DNA of 62,987 bases, counting the filler, from Hyphochytrium catenoides (taxonomy: Eukaryota > Protista > Hyphochytriomycota): NCBI GenBank assembly GCA_900088475.1. It is 8 parts of 8 records of this genome, joined end to end, with 100 filler letters (N's around TTAATTAATTAA, not from the genome) between each part and the next. Parts side by side here need not be neighbours in the genome. Positions count along the whole stretch, not along the records: positions 1 to 11,580 come from FLMG01004557.1; positions 11,681 to 24,559 come from FLMG01002803.1; 6 more parts are not named here. One strand, written 5' to 3'. A program made the translations under genes and the position numbers. The notes under the pieces were generated by a model. It made no database searches, was not told where the DNA came from, and saw only the letters and a program-made list of their open reading frames with translations. Shown here piece after piece: positions 1 to 14,055 of the stretch. How positions within the stretch are numbered: the stretch's first letter is position 1; each line of letters starts with the position of its first letter.

Positions 1-2099
1 CCTCCCCACCTTATGTCCCTAATGTAATGTATGGTGGAGCCGTGGGTCTGTCTTTTTGTGCGCGGTGGGATAGGAGGATGGGGTCCGTCCCTTGTGTACA
101 CAACATCCCTACTGGAAGGGGTGGATGGGCCATGGCAAGGTCAGCGTGTGGTTCCTCCGTCTTTCTCCATACTTTTTCTCACCACTTGAGTGACTCTGTC
201 TAGTTCAAATGACTCCTCTGGCTCATGACAGCAGTACTCGCATTTGGTCTTTCTAGAGGATTTACATGTACATAAGGGGAATGTTTCATATCTTCTCGGG
301 GTCCTATATATGTATTGATCTCTTTGGTCTCTATCTCCAGATTCCCTCTGTCTCTTCTCTCAGATGGACAATGGCCTTCGGGAGTTACTGTGAGCCTTTT
401 GGTTCCTGCTGTCCGTTTTTTCCTTCTTTGATGGCTGAGGAGGTGACGTGGGAAAGGACAAGGGAGAAAGGAGGAGGAAAAAGGGACATCAGATCACTCT
501 CCTTCTTCCTTTGGGTTTTCCTTCTGTCTTTGTGTTATTCTGTCTTGTGCAGTTGGCCATCCTTGAGTGGGCGCAGTGGAAAACGAAGAACATATCAGAG
601 AACAAAATAAGAGGAGACAGACAGAGAGGGAGAGAGGCTGTGAAGCATGGATGCTGTCAACGGGAAAAGTCAACCCGAAAGTTGCAGGCCACATCAGGCT
701 AAAGTGACTACACTATGCCGTTTAAAAGGCGGTATCTACCATGACTTTTATACCCACAATTGGTTGCACCAACACAGTAGTAGTAAAGCTGCCGCCTTCT
801 TCGGTTTGTATTAGGCATCTCTAGGAGGTATATACCAATTTAATGGTGGTTCTTACCATTTAGAGCAAGAGAAATGTGAATACCAAGCACCACGGAAGAA
901 CTTCACATTCTAGGCCATGTTCTGTCCCTTGTGGTGAACTTGTTGACATTTGCAAGGCGACGTTCTAAGCTGTCATCAGACAAGCAACATTATTATTGCC
1001 TAACATTGCTTGTGTGTCATTCTTGACACAAGGACCCACAGAGGTAGTTTTTTAGGGGCCACATCAGAATGGCCTTTCGGAATCAAACTTTGTACGTGCT
1101 CTGTACTCTCTGCAAGGCCTCAGCTGGCTTTATTGGGCGATGACCTGCAACTGCTTGAAGAATTGAAGGATGACAGAGTTGCCAAAGAGTGAAAGGACAA
1201 TGAAAAGTTGGCCAGTGGGAAAGGCTGCGTTTTACTATCAGCTGGCCTGATGTGTGTAGGCTCACACAGTATGTACGGCCAAAGTTCAGTATAAGCTTGG
1301 CCAACGACCTTTCCACTGGATTTGGCTGTCCTGATTCTTTTCTACTGCTTTGTATTAACGACCTTGTTGATAGTCTTCCCGTGGTGCTGCTGTAGCAATA
1401 GTCTAAGGAAGCCATTCAGCTCCTAAGATCTAGACTTAGTCTCATACAAAAGAGACCACCCGTATCTTTCCTGAGCCTCATTGAGCCGGACAAAAGCGCG
1501 AGAACCGTTCAGAGATGCAGCTTCTGGGCTCCTGTCGTTCACTGCATTTCCTCCCTGATTGAGGCGGATAGACGGGACTGATGGCTGATGGTGGAGTGAG
1601 AGTGGATTTTTCTAGTTTATTCCAGTCTCTTATAAAAAGTTTTCTTACTTGTTATTAGGGGATTAAAAAAGAATTCTTCACAGCCATAGATCCTACTTAT
1701 TCATCACTCATTTTGTTTGACTCGTAAAAAAGAATGTTTAGGCTAAAACCACAAAAGTTTCATGTTAATTTTACTGTTCAAAACAACCTTGCTCTCAACA
1801 AAGCAAACACATCTCTGAGACGTTCTAAGATCAAAGTCGTTTTTTCCCGTTTTTTTAGGAAGTCAACAAATCAAACAATCTATGAACACTTCTATAAAGG
1901 GTTTCCTTTATAAAACGATTAATTGAGGCAATTAGTCTCAATAAAAGCACAATTAATCTATATAAAACAACAAAGACCCTGGCCACAAAACTGCTCTGCT
2001 AGCAAGAGATGATGGAGCTTGTCAGGGCAGACAAAGCCGGAAAGGTCCAAGATCGTCGCGTGTACAGGCGCTGGGAAGCTTAGAGACAAGAGGTCCAAG

Positions 2100-3450
2100 G
2101 TCCAAGCTTGTGGGGCCTACCGTAGGGCACGCCACAATGCAAGAGAGGCTCAGCGGCTTAGCACTTCCGCAGATCCAGCTTTGAACAAAGCTTTGTCCTT
2201 CTTCCTGCGGTTCCGGTCTGCAAAAGCCTGCAAGGGCCAGTTTCATCGGGTCTTCCTCACTCGCTGCGACGCCAGGGATGGGTATGGAATGGTTTGTTGG
2301 GCTGAAGAGAAAGAAGGAAGTCAGACCATTGTAGGATCGGTTGCTTAAGCGCTTAGCACGCATCACTCTTATCCGACCAACTTATTCTTAGCTTGTTGTT
2401 ATGTTCGTGGCCGTTCTCGCCACTCCTGCTCGGCTTCAAAAACTGCGCAGGTCAGCTTTTGTACAGCTTTCATACCTCGCACCTCTACTATGGCACATCA
2501 CCCACGGTACAAACAGGAACGTGAATGCGTGGCATCTTTCATCGAAGGAAAGAATGGATGGAGGCAGGAGCTTTGCCACGTATGCGAGTGGTCTATTTGT
2601 GCTTATTCTTCTTCTTTCTTGCGAGAAGGTGCTTGCACCCCTAACATCCTTGCACCCCTAACATCTCTGCAGCTCTTCTTGAGGATATGAGTAGGTCAAC
2701 GCGTTGTTGTTCAAGAGTGAGAGACAGAGGGCCTTAGTAGCCAGAGGCTTCCTATCATTGATTTCTTGAAGTGCGCAGCTGAGGGTGTTCGTAGTTCGTA
2801 ACTCTTCCACATGGTCCATAGCAAGGAAAGTAGTTAGTTCTACTGTTGGCTGGTTAAGGTAAGGTCTTCGTAGCTCTTGAAGTGCGCAGTTGAGGAGACG
2901 GGAGAGAGAGAAAGAGAGAGGGGCATAAGAGACGACAGAGGAAAGCGAGAAAGCCTCTCTACTTCACCTTTTGTCTTCTTGATTAAAGGCTTGAAAAGGC
3001 GGATGCGCGGAGTCTCTTCTCCCTCTTGGATTTCTCACCCCGACTGATCTCCATCATACAGCATTTTTTCCAAGCTGACGAAGAGGCCGAGCTTCATCTC
3101 AAGCTTCTCTAATAATAGGTCTGACTTGCCCTGTTGCAACTAGAAATCGCCAGCAGCTCACATTCGCATAGAACCAACGTGACGAGCGCTTCTGCGAAAT
3201 GAAGCGTTTGATCCCAGAGGACCTCCTTGTGGCTAAGAAAGAGAGATGCAAGGAGCAGACGCGTGGATAGGAAATAGCTAAGGAGAAGCAGAAAGAGAGC
3301 CCAAGAAGAGTGATAGACCATTGATAATAACCATGTTCCTTGCTTGAGATGAAAGAAGAAGAACTCTTTCATAGATGACCTTCTCCGCGCTAATGCAGTA
3401 GCACTGCGATATCGCCGCGAGGGAGTTTGGTTCAACGGAACGAATGAGCA
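2100..3450 (-). mobile_element. Possible highly degenerate non-LTR retrotransposon RT relic
   Basis: Collinear frameshifted remnants: KVIYERVL (~3375), PQGGPLG (~3225), FYANV (YADD-like, ~3165), LQ..KLGLFVSLEK (~3080). A weak CRLC-like knuckle lies near 2225. Confidence 0.4.
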
Positions 3451-6400
3451 CCGTGAGAGCCAACATTGACCGCAGTCGGGGTGAGCGATGACTGTTAAGT
3501 AAGCAATCGGTAAGGGGGAAACTGAGGCGTCAATAAGACGGCAAGGACCACAAGGAAGGCAAATAAAACTGAGTACAGAAAAGCAAGCTGCCACGGCTTG
3601 CCCTTCGGTCTAGACGAGGAGGAAGGCCTATCTCTGCGAGGATCTAGGGCGACCAGCCCTCCTAGTCATGGCCTAGAGAAGTCACAAAGGAGTGGTGAAC
3701 AAAGAAACGAAGGCAGAACATGCCCCTAGGAAATACACTGCTCGGTCCTCCGGGATGGCTTACTCAGCAGAACATCGTGCTGCGAGGGCCCTGCAGTACC
3801 CATTCCTCCTTTTGTTCTTAGGTCCCGCTTCTCTCCTTGTAACTTCTTCTCTAACCTCTCCCCATCTTTCATTTATTTATGAGATCGCTGTCTTCGAGGG
3901 TAGAGGTAGGGCATTAAAAAGGCAAAGTTAGGTGAGCTCTGGAGAAAAAGACGGATGATGGCTTCCAGCGCTCAATAGAGGTCCTGCTTCTTTATGCTAA
4001 CATAGACAGAGTTCGTCAAAGATCAGAGAACGCAATGCTTCTCCTAAGTCTTGCCTTCCTCAGATTGTTCAGCTTGAAGAACAAACTGAGCATTGGCGAT
4101 GCATTGCCGCTTCTGAAAAGAACAAGAGTTCGGCACGCGACTCTCTGGAAGGTGCGCTCTTGGTCTGGTGTAACTTGCAAGAGGATCATTCTCTTGAAAT
4201 TCTTACTACTATAGGGATAGGCTGATACGGTTCAGGGGTCAACCAGTCTATCTAACGGGGTCTCGATCTGTTGTTCTGAGGTCATCAATCTTAGATCATA
4301 AGAGTTTGTCCGAACGACCAAAGAGGAAAAGGGCTGAGTAGTAGAGGGATAAATGCTGGATAATATCTGCTACTCGCTGGCTCCGGATAGGCTTGTAGCT
4401 TAGGGTTGGATAGGGTGGAGAAAGAAGGTTGGAATCATTGAGCTCATCAGTGTCCCATGCAGTGACTCTCACCGCTTCTGAGTCTTTAAAGACGGTAGTA
4501 CTTCTCTGCTTACAATGGTGGTCGGCGCCAACATTTGTTTGTGTACTCATTGGCGGAGATAATAAGTGAATGGCCTACACTTTCTATTACTTTTTATCAG
4601 CAACAGAGCCACTGACCATCAAGATTGCCATCGACAGCAGAGGTTGAGTTCCCGTGGGAACGGAGAAAGATCTTCTTTGGAGAGTTCTCCAATCTTCGCC
4701 TGGCCCCTGCTGCTGCTAAGCCGTTCTTTCTTGTCGGAGATGATTGTGTAGTAAATGAAGGAAGAAAAGTCTAGAAAGATTGTCGCAGCTCTAAAGTACG
4801 GAGTTCGAAGCTACAGCTGCATGGAGCACTAATAACAGCCTCTTATTATAGATTGATGAGAGATGGCTTGTTAACCCTTAATACCTTGCTCATTGCCTGT
4901 GTGCAACCAAAGTCAGGACCAGTGTCTCTATCATAAAATCAAAGAAGCTGATGGAGAAGAAATAACTATATTTGGTGGCAAAGGACTCCTTGTTTTTCTC
5001 CTTCTTATTACTACTTCTCCTTCTCGCGGCGGGTTATGGTTTCACCGCTGTTCTAACCCTAGTAGGCACTACTTCAAACCTTTGCCGTCTTCCTCTTGGC
5101 AGTTGCGTCTCCTCGTTCATTTCACTCATTGTCCACCTCATCAAACTACTGGTTACCAAGGACCAGGCGACATCATTAAGCCTAGGATACCCGTGGCTGG
5201 TTCCCATCACGCATCCTCGTCACCTGCCGCTCTTCTTCTCAAAGTCAGAAAAAAAAGCCAGTTCAGTGTGTCATCGAGTCATCACACCACCGCTGCTGCC
5301 ACTGACGTACATGCAGAGAGCTTTATCATGGCCTTCCCATTACCATCGGAATGATTGAGCATCGCTGATCGCTGCTGCTGATCTCTGAAGACTCATCAGC
5401 AAGCATTCGACAGCATGAGCCGTTGCTTGTTGGTCGCCGCCGTCATCGTTCCCCGCGATCTTTCTTCGTTGATTGCCGCATCCTGTATAGGAAAGTATAG
5501 AGTAAATATACCTGATTTCGCTTGCTCTGAATAGGAATAAAAGACATAGATGCATTTGGATCGTAAATAATGGCCATTCGGGTACGAATGTATACAGTAT
5601 AAGTGGTGTAACGGTCAAGATGGAGTTGGGGAACAGAGAAGGCAGGGAGGTGATCGGTCACAAATCACAAACTATGGGGCTGCTACCTCATCAACCTGTC
5701 ATAACCTGTCAGAGACAGATCAAAGTAAACATATCCTCCCATGTGCAGGAGGCAGAATAAAACTATGCCATAAGTAGGCTCCTTCCTGAGACAGTGTGAG
5801 CGAGGTCCAAGACAGACTTGATAAGAGATATCTGACAGGAAGGACGATCATCTGTGTCATAAAAAGCCAGTGGTGTCCAAACAGCACCGGCTAGGCGAAT
5901 TCGCCAACGCCCATGAGTTTTTGTCCATGGGCATAACATTTCCTTGTAGTACAACGCTACAATGATAAAGGTAGCTCACTACCCCATGCATTCCTTTGGC
6001 CCCTGAGCCTACATATACAGCAGGCTGTTCAGAATGAATACCAGCAGTATTCTTGATGGGTATTTACACCTGGTACCCATTCCAGGGAAATCTACGGCCA
6101 ATGTAACCATTTTCACTGGCGCTTGCAGAGTGGTTGCGGTGACGCATAATCTTCCCAAAGTAGCGCAGATGTCTCTTTGCTTTTCGGAATTCGCTTGTGT
6201 TTGGCGTGAGAAACTCTTTTACGGCCCAGCGCCCGCTCGCATTCAGTCTGCAGATTCCATTTCAGAGCTTCGAAGCGTCTGCAGGCCAAGATTTTAGAGC
6301 CTGGATGCGAGGTACTTAAGAGATTCTGGCCTTGTTGGAGTCTGAAGACCTGATACAAGAGTTAATGCGGGCTGCGATGCCGCTGAAGTCGCTATAAGAT

Positions 6401-6862
6401 CATGGGATTATCTTGGGACAGGCAAATTGACGCAGCTAGATGGCGTCAGGTAAGGAGTGGCGAAGCGTATCCATTTGATGCTATCAAGCCCAAGAGACAC
6501 TGACACGTATGGCTTACATAATTCTTCTTGCAGAGAAAGTGGCGTGCTATTGACTGGGCATATCTTAATCACAGTGCAAACCCGATCTTCTTTGTTAGGC
6601 CAGTCTTTGACACCTTTGACTAGGTGGGTACTAATGACTCTGTCATCCCCCTTTTTTTTATGCGCTACGACTTCTTTGGTCCTTTGCTGTTGACGATAGT
6701 TACTCCTTCTCTAAAATGGAGTTTGTGATAGAGCTCTGATGGCGCTTGAGCAGGCTTGTTGGGCTGAAGAACGAGACCAAAACCTAGCCTAAGAAAACGT
6801 ACCAACAGAGCCAAGCGACAAGCATTCAACAACACACCCTCAAGTAACGACCACACACAAGC

Positions 6863-9652
6863 ATGTTTCAAAGGATAAGTGCAACGGGTTTTGCCAATCA
6901 GGTTCTCCTAAGGCAAGTCCCAAGGCTGCCCCTGGCGCATCGGGCGGCGAGTGCCCTTCAAATCAGCGGCAAGCGGACCCCACCAAACCTCAAGGGTCAG
7001 AAAATACTTCCCTCTACGCGAGGCAGCGTATCCGCGGCTGTAAACACGGCGTTGAATGTCCACAAGCAGAGCCCTATCCTCTCTCCCTTTGCCAGAAGAG
7101 AGCCTTATCCTTCTATTGAGTCTACTTCCGCTCCTACCCAGTCCGCCAACGTCGCTCTCCATATCAGAGACAAGCAGGACCACTTAGAGATATTGTGGTC
7201 TGATGGGCACGTCAGCACGTTCCATTACATCTGGTTGAGAGACAACTGCCGCTGTCCTGAGTGCTTTCACCCTGCGGCCAAGGAGAGAATGCTGGATACG
7301 CACTCTCTCACCCTCTGCTTGCGGCCGGAAGCCTTCTTTGTAAAGGAAAAAGAACTAAGAATCATCTGGCCTGCGCAAGGTAAGCATGACGATATGACAT
7401 GGACCTTTTCCATCGCATACGATACCTCAATTTTCCCTTAGTATACTCGGTACTTATGCTGAGAGCGGTCCATCAGGCTTGAAATAAGCACGAGACCTCT
7501 ATGCGTACACTGCCTTCTGTCCACCTTCCATCTAGTCATACTTTCTTGCCCTTCTGGGTTCCTCTGATGCGTTGTCTGTGCTCTGATAGGTGGTCCAGCG
7601 CATGGTCATGAAGGAGTCCTCCCACTGGAGTGGCTTCGCTCCCAATGCTACTCTCCCGCCTCGCTGCCTGCAACAGGGAGAGGGAAAGAAAAGAAAGACA
7701 TATTTGTATGGAGAACAAAAGACATTCAGGAGGAAGGAATGCCATTGGTTCAATATGAGGAGATAATGGCCAGTGATGAAGGAGTGCTTGGCTGGCTGGA
7801 AACGCTCAACTCGTACGGCTTCTGCATAGTCGATAAGGTGCCCCAGACATCCAAGAGGTGAGCCTTAAGGATGACACGCAACAATGGAACTTTGGTAGTG
7901 CTAGCGGGGAACCACCATAGCGAGAGCACACAACCTTGATTTTTCTTCAATGTGCATCTCCTACTCCTTCTTCTGCCGCTGTATACATCGGTATCACGTC
8001 TCTTTTGCCCTTAGGGTCCTTCAATGTCGCCTGCTCGCTGCACACTGACCTTGCTCTTTATGTACTGGTTCCACCTGTTCTCCGTAGATGTGAGGATGTC
8101 GCTCGCAGAATCTCATATCTGCGGACTACTTTCTGGGGTGACACTTGGGCTGTCAAAAGCGAACCAAACCCAAAAAATCTCTCTCTTACTGGTAGCGAGC
8201 TCCATCCGCATACAGACTTCGCGTGGGCGGAGACACCCCCAGGTAGGGAAGATGGGGATCATATCTGATTGTTCGGCTAACGTTGACATAAAACTGAGGG
8301 TGGAGTATATCCGGTTTTAACTTGATCGCCAGCGATCAGGAGAGATCTATGGGAAAGGACCGGGGCTTAGAGGCAGGAAGCTTAAGCGTTTTAGCGAAAA
8401 AGTTGCCACGCAAAGTCTCAAAAGAACCAATAGAGGCTTTGGCAAACGCTAGAATTGGGTTCAGAGAACGGTTGGGCGAGCGTCATAAGAATCTAAAATA
8501 GAGGAGTACATCAGAAACTTTATCAGGCACTGACTAGGACCACACACCTTCTGTGGTACAGGTCTCCAGTTCCTTCACTGCCAAAAGTTCACAGGTCCGC
8601 GTACCGTCGGCGGAGAGAGCACTCTGGTGGACGGCTTCGCAGTGGCCGAGCATATTAGGGAAACGGATCCTACAGTATTTGCTCTCCTTTCGAATGTTAA
8701 GCTTCCTTTCCAGTTCCAGGTGAGGACAGGAGACGTCAAGAGGGTCAGCTTGGGGTCCGGAGTTGCAGATGCTCCCTTGTTTCTGGCTTTCTCAGTTTCT
8801 TTTGCACTTAGAGTTTCTCTTTTGAGCAAGATGCTAAGAGTTAACACTTCCTTCCTTTCTCACTAGAGCGACACGCATAACTACTTCTATCACGATGTAG
8901 TCTTCAATCTGGACAGGGCAGGAGCCGTACAGAACGTCAGGTTTAACCAAGCAAATCTGGCGCCACTGGGTAAGCTTTGGATTAAGATCAGCATTATTCG
9001 TGCTTGGATGTCTTTGACTTCACACACATCCTCATCTCTTCACAGTTGCCGCAATTTTATTGCGCTCTTACACGGCCATGTGCTCGGCAAAGCGATTAGT
9101 GTCTCTCTCTTTCGTCTATGCAGTGCGCGCTACTTGGCTGCTGAACTAATTGCTCTTTTCTCTCCCCTACTGTCCAGACATAGCACCAGAGCTTGTCATC
9201 CCCATGTATCGGGCTCTTCATCTTCTCACTGCCTCTCTCCGGGACGCACGTTTTCTCTTGTCGTTCCGTCTGGAGGAGGGCCAAATGTTAATCTTCAACA
9301 ATCGAAGAATGCTTCACGGTCGAAAGGGTTACGACCCACGACAAACAGATCGCCATCTGGAGGGCTGCTACTTGGATGAAGACGAGTTTCTCTCTCGCCT
9401 CACCCTTTTGAGAAAGGCTTTCAATCCTCCATCTACACGTCCCTCCTCTTCCTTTCTCCAGGAAGCTCCTTTCTCTTCCGATTGGCAAGAGAGAGAGAGG
9501 TCAATGGTGCTCAGCAGCCAGGAGAGAGAGGGGATTGAGTGGAGGACACTGCCCTCAGGGGCTGTCGTTCCCTCTTGGAGCATTCCTCCTCCCTCCATTG
9601 TGACGCGTACTCACCCAGCGAGGACAAGGCCAAGGCCAACAGAAGGAGGAAC
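6863..9652 (+). CDS. Gamma-butyrobetaine/trimethyllysine dioxygenase-family 2OG-Fe(II) enzyme (GBBH N-terminal Zn domain + TauD/TfdA domain); at least 6 exons, 3' end uncertain
   Basis: GT-AG exons ~6863-7379, 7590-7857, 8088-8242, 8562-8719, 8867-8969 and 9178-9652 join in frame. Motifs: WLRDNCRCPECFH (Zn site), HPHTD (HxD), GLQFLHC, GGESTLVDGF, FNNRRMLHGR, RHLEGCY. Confidence 0.93.
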
Positions 9653-10120
9653 GTGAGTGCATCGTCTACTCTCTTTCTCTCTCCGATCCCTCTGCTTCTC
9701 CGGGGCGTAGTACAGAAAGGACGCCCTCACTCGGCGAGAGAGGAGGAGGAGGGGCTCGAGAGAGAGAGAGAGAGAGAGAAGATAAGAGCCGCTTCGTCAT
9801 AGTGATGGCCGTGCCATCCTATTATCGCTGAATAATGCGACACTACTGGCTCTTCAACATGTTTCCTCAATGTATCCACATTATCGTTAGCTTCTCAACC
9901 GACATCTAGAGGTAACAATGTTCTCTCTTTCTTTATTTCCTCTGCTCTCGCTCTCTCTCTCTCTCTTTGCGTTCATCAGCAGTAGTAGTTAGCTCAATGT
10001 AACTCTGTCTGCCGCGTTTCTCTCTCTCTCTTTCGTTCTCTCTCTCCCTCCTCTGGTAAGCAACAAATTGTTACTGCAACAATGTTTCGGTAGCCACGCT
10101 TCGCTTCCTTTCCTTCAGGA

Positions 10121-10151
<31 letters not shown>

Positions 10152-10755
10152 TGGTTTCCTTCTGTCTTTAAGCCTTCCGTTTTATCATTTGTTCGTTGTC
10201 TAGTTTTTATTTGGCCTCTGCGGACAATTGTGAGAATGCTTGCAAGTCATGGTTACAACTTTCCATTGCCACACTTAGTTCTCTCTTTTTTCCTCTCTCT
10301 CGTTTTTCCTTTCTCTCTGTTTCTCTCTCTCTCTGTGTTTCCTTATCTGTCTCTCTCTCTCCTCGGTTCCCTTCACGCGCAGCTGGTGGAAGATACACCT
10401 CTTGTCGCAAAGAATGAGAGGAACAGATCCGTCCCACCCTTTGCAGAGACGAGATGTGGAGTCGATTCTTTGGAAGATACGCCTGCAAATGAGAGTTATA
10501 GAAGAGAGAAATGGGAGAGAATGAGACAGAGATTGGAAACCCATGGACCGATAGAGAGAGAGGAAGAGACATATAGAGAAAGAGAATGGGCGTTGAAGTA
10601 CTTCCCCAGCTTCAAAGAAGCATGGTTGAAGTCCTCTCCCCTCTCTCTTCTCTCTCGCACTCCTCTCTCTCTCTCTTTCTTCTCTGACTCTCTCTTTCCT
10701 CCCTAACTCTCTTTCTTCTCTGTCTCTCTCTTTTGAGACCACCTCTATCTCTTCA

Positions 10756-10807
<52 letters not shown>

Positions 10808-11232
10808 CTCTCTCTTCGCATGTCTCCCATTCTTTGTCACCGCAAAGCACCGATGGTCCTAAAGGCGGTAACGGCCAAAATCGAAAGGACATGGAAAACT
10901 CTTCAAGGTTTCCGGAGCTATCGAAATATTTCTAGAACCGTCTTAGTAGCTTCTAGAAGTTTCTCGAAAGTTCCAAAAGAAGAAACATTCCAGGGCTGTT
11001 CGAAGCGATGTGATGGCTTTCAGAGATCAGAATGGCGATCAGAACCCAGTGGTGAGATGAAGGATTCCTTGTTGTGTGAAAGGAAAACAAAGGTTCATTA
11101 AATAAATGTAGGTGAATCATATTTTGTTAATATTCTCGATGAAATGTTTCGCCCGCCCAGCAGTTGTGGATGATGGACGCTTTGCGAAGCTTCATTTCTC
11201 CACTTCGCTTGCTCTTGGATCTCTCTCCCTCC

Positions 11233-11274
<42 letters not shown>

Positions 11275-11580
11275 TTCTCTTTCTCTCTCTCTCTCTCTCT
11301 CCTCGTAGCTCACTCCCGCTTTGCCAAGCTCTATTTGCTCTTCTCTGTTTCTCTCTTATAAAGGCTTGAATCCTCTCTCTCAAGAGCGACAGTCCCTGTC
11401 CTTGCTGCTGCTGTTCGCCAACGATCATTGCGCGCTCACTCTCTCATTATTCAATTTCTCTTCCAGATTAGAAGAGGCACGACGCCAAGAAAGACATAAG
11501 AAGACGCGACCTTTCAACCGTGAGAGACAGACAGAAAGACAGCGGAAACGCCCCATTTTACCGGGTTCTCCTTTAACCCT

Positions 11581-11680
11581 NNNNNNNNNNNNNNNNNNNN
11601 NNNNNNNNNNNNNNNNNNNNNNNNTTAATTAATTAANNNNNNNNNNNNNNNNNNNNNNNNNNNNNNNNNNNNNNNNNNNN
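11581..11680. other. Artificial contig linker
   Basis: N44-TTAATTAATTAA-N44, which puts stops in all six frames. Confidence 0.98.
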
Positions 11681-11689
11681 GGAGAGAGG

Positions 11690-11725
<36 letters not shown>

Positions 11726-12188
11726 AAAGATAGCAAGACTTGAGCTTCAACCTGCCCAAAAGACAAATGAGTCAAAAGCTTCTACTCTACAATCTTTGAG
11801 CGGCTTACAGAACGGAGATTCGGTGATTGTAACAATGTATGCAACTATATTAGGACATTATGTAGTAGAAGACCTTACTTTGTCCTTTTATATGTTGTTA
11901 CTTAGTCGCACTCCTACCAAGAAATGTCTGATATATTCGAAGCAAATCCGATTCGCGACTATCCTAGGAAATATGAGCATCATCTTGACCCAGATCTTTG
12001 AAGATCTGCAACTCCGCTCACGAAGCTCGGTCACTCCGCGCACTGACGATAATCTTCACTAACACAGAGCTCTAGATATGCTGCCTCTTCGCCGATGTAG
12101 ATGCTGAAGAATAAGGCGATGAGTCATTGCCTTGTTCACTGCCGGGCTTCTGGTGGAAGGAATTGATCAACTCCATACGAAGAGGGAG

Positions 12189-14001
12189 TCAGCTCTTGAA
12201 AGAGAGGGTAGAATGGGAAACATCGTTGTCCCTGTCTCCTTTTTGGTGCTGGCTAATGCTTCTTCTCTTTGGGCTTGACCTTGAAACAGCTAATATTTAG
12301 CAGGGTCGTCAACTCTTGGATAACGCCGACCACCTAGCTCGGGCAAGAGAGATTGAGGACGTGGGTTGAGGTCAGAGAGAGCCGTATTAGATGCGATGGG
12401 ACCCAAAGAGCCAGAAGAGAGAATGATCAAGTGAGAGAGAGGAGAGGAGCGCCCATGAGAGCTAGACAGACTCTGACAGACTGAACAGTGCAAGGTCTCA
12501 GAATCAGGACAGCTATGGGACTTAAAATAGTAAAGAAGAAAGAGGAAGAGAGATGAGAGAGTAGATAAAGGGATGGGTAGATAGATAGGTATAGAGAGGT
12601 TGACAGAAAAGACCGAGGGAAGTTGATTACGAAGCGACGCAAAGCACTTTACCATGTGCACATAGGGCACCAAGGCTAGCCCATAGAAGATCCATACAGC
12701 GTCTTCATTCTTCGCCTGCAAGGATTAACGAGGAAGCCGTTTGATTTAAGGTAAGTCGTAAGGAGGGAGTGACGCAGGCAGGAGATAATCGACATAGCAG
12801 GCAAAAGCCGAGAGGTGAAAGATAACGTAGACTCAGAGAGGGGAGAGAAGAGATGAGTGAAGAGAACGCGAGTGAGAGAGGGGCAAGAGAGGCCCAGAGG
12901 CAGAGGAACGACGCGGCAAGAAGAGGACGCGCAAGGGCGCTTGCCAGAAGGGCTAGTCACAGCACCTAGCGGGAATGAGCGGAGCAGTCGAGATAAAGAG
13001 CGAGGCCGAGGACAGGGAGAGAGAGAGACTTGAGAGCGGATAGGGCAGAAACGCAAACAACAAGAGACGATAGCGTTCTAAGGAAGGTACCAGGGGTAGG
13101 AAGCCCGATCCTATGAGGAAAGCCATCAGGAAGAAGGTAACCAGCGTCTTTCTCAGCAGCCAAAGTGGTTCATGGCACATGTGAGAGAGCATGATATGCA
13201 TCACCAGCTAAATACAGAGAGAGAGAGAGAGAAAAAAGGCGAGAGAGCGAGAGAACGAGAAAGAGGGTTAAGAGCGAGACTGAGGAGGAGGTTTTAATGA
13301 GAGACAGGCTGCCGAACCAGGACGGAGAAAGAGGGAGACGAAGAGGAGAGGGAAGAAAAGACGGACTGGCTGCTGAGACTAGAAGTAGGAAAAACATTTA
13401 ATCAGGGATCCCAAAGGGTACGTTAAGAGGGAAAGAAGAATTAGAGGCGCTGCCAGGCAGAATCATAACAAACTGCATGGTCCAGGAAACAAGCGGTCCT
13501 CGTATTTTGAGCAACATATATGGGGAGAGAGAGAGAGAGAGACAAGGAAGGAAAGCGGAAGAGGACGTACTCTACGCCTCTCCCTTAATGACAAAGCTAC
13601 CTTGCAAAAGATGAGGCCAACAGTCCACGTGATAAGCCGAGGATGACTTTCGAACGTTTCTCCGGAGAGAGAGAGAAAGAAGAAGCCACACAACAAGACA
13701 AAAGCACCAAAGGGAAGAAGGCCAATCAACGCGGCCACTCGTCCCTGATGTGTCTTCACCGCCGACATCACGTTCCAAACTGAGACCCAAAAGAGGAGGA
13801 GAAGATTAGAGACCGGAGCATCGAACGTCCTACGTAGCCATTGTAGAAATTGTGGAAGAAGGAAACGCAAGAGAGTGAAGCGGAGAGAGGGAGAGAAAGA
13901 CTCGTAGGAGACGACTAGCAGGGAGTACGGTGTACGCAGAGGTCCCCGGAAAAGAGAGAGAATGAAAGAAAGAGAGAGAGAGAGAGCGCGAGAGAGAGAG
14001 A

Positions 14002-14055
<54 letters not shown>

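Noticed and set aside
1290-1410. FLLLCINDLVDSL resembling the RT motif LFLLYINDL
   Set aside because: A single motif without convincing neighbouring RT motifs.
11625-11636. TTAATTAATTAA palindrome recurring seven times
   Set aside because: Always centred in a 100-nt N spacer and cuts genes mid-exon: an artificial six-frame-stop linker, not a biological repeat or CRISPR.
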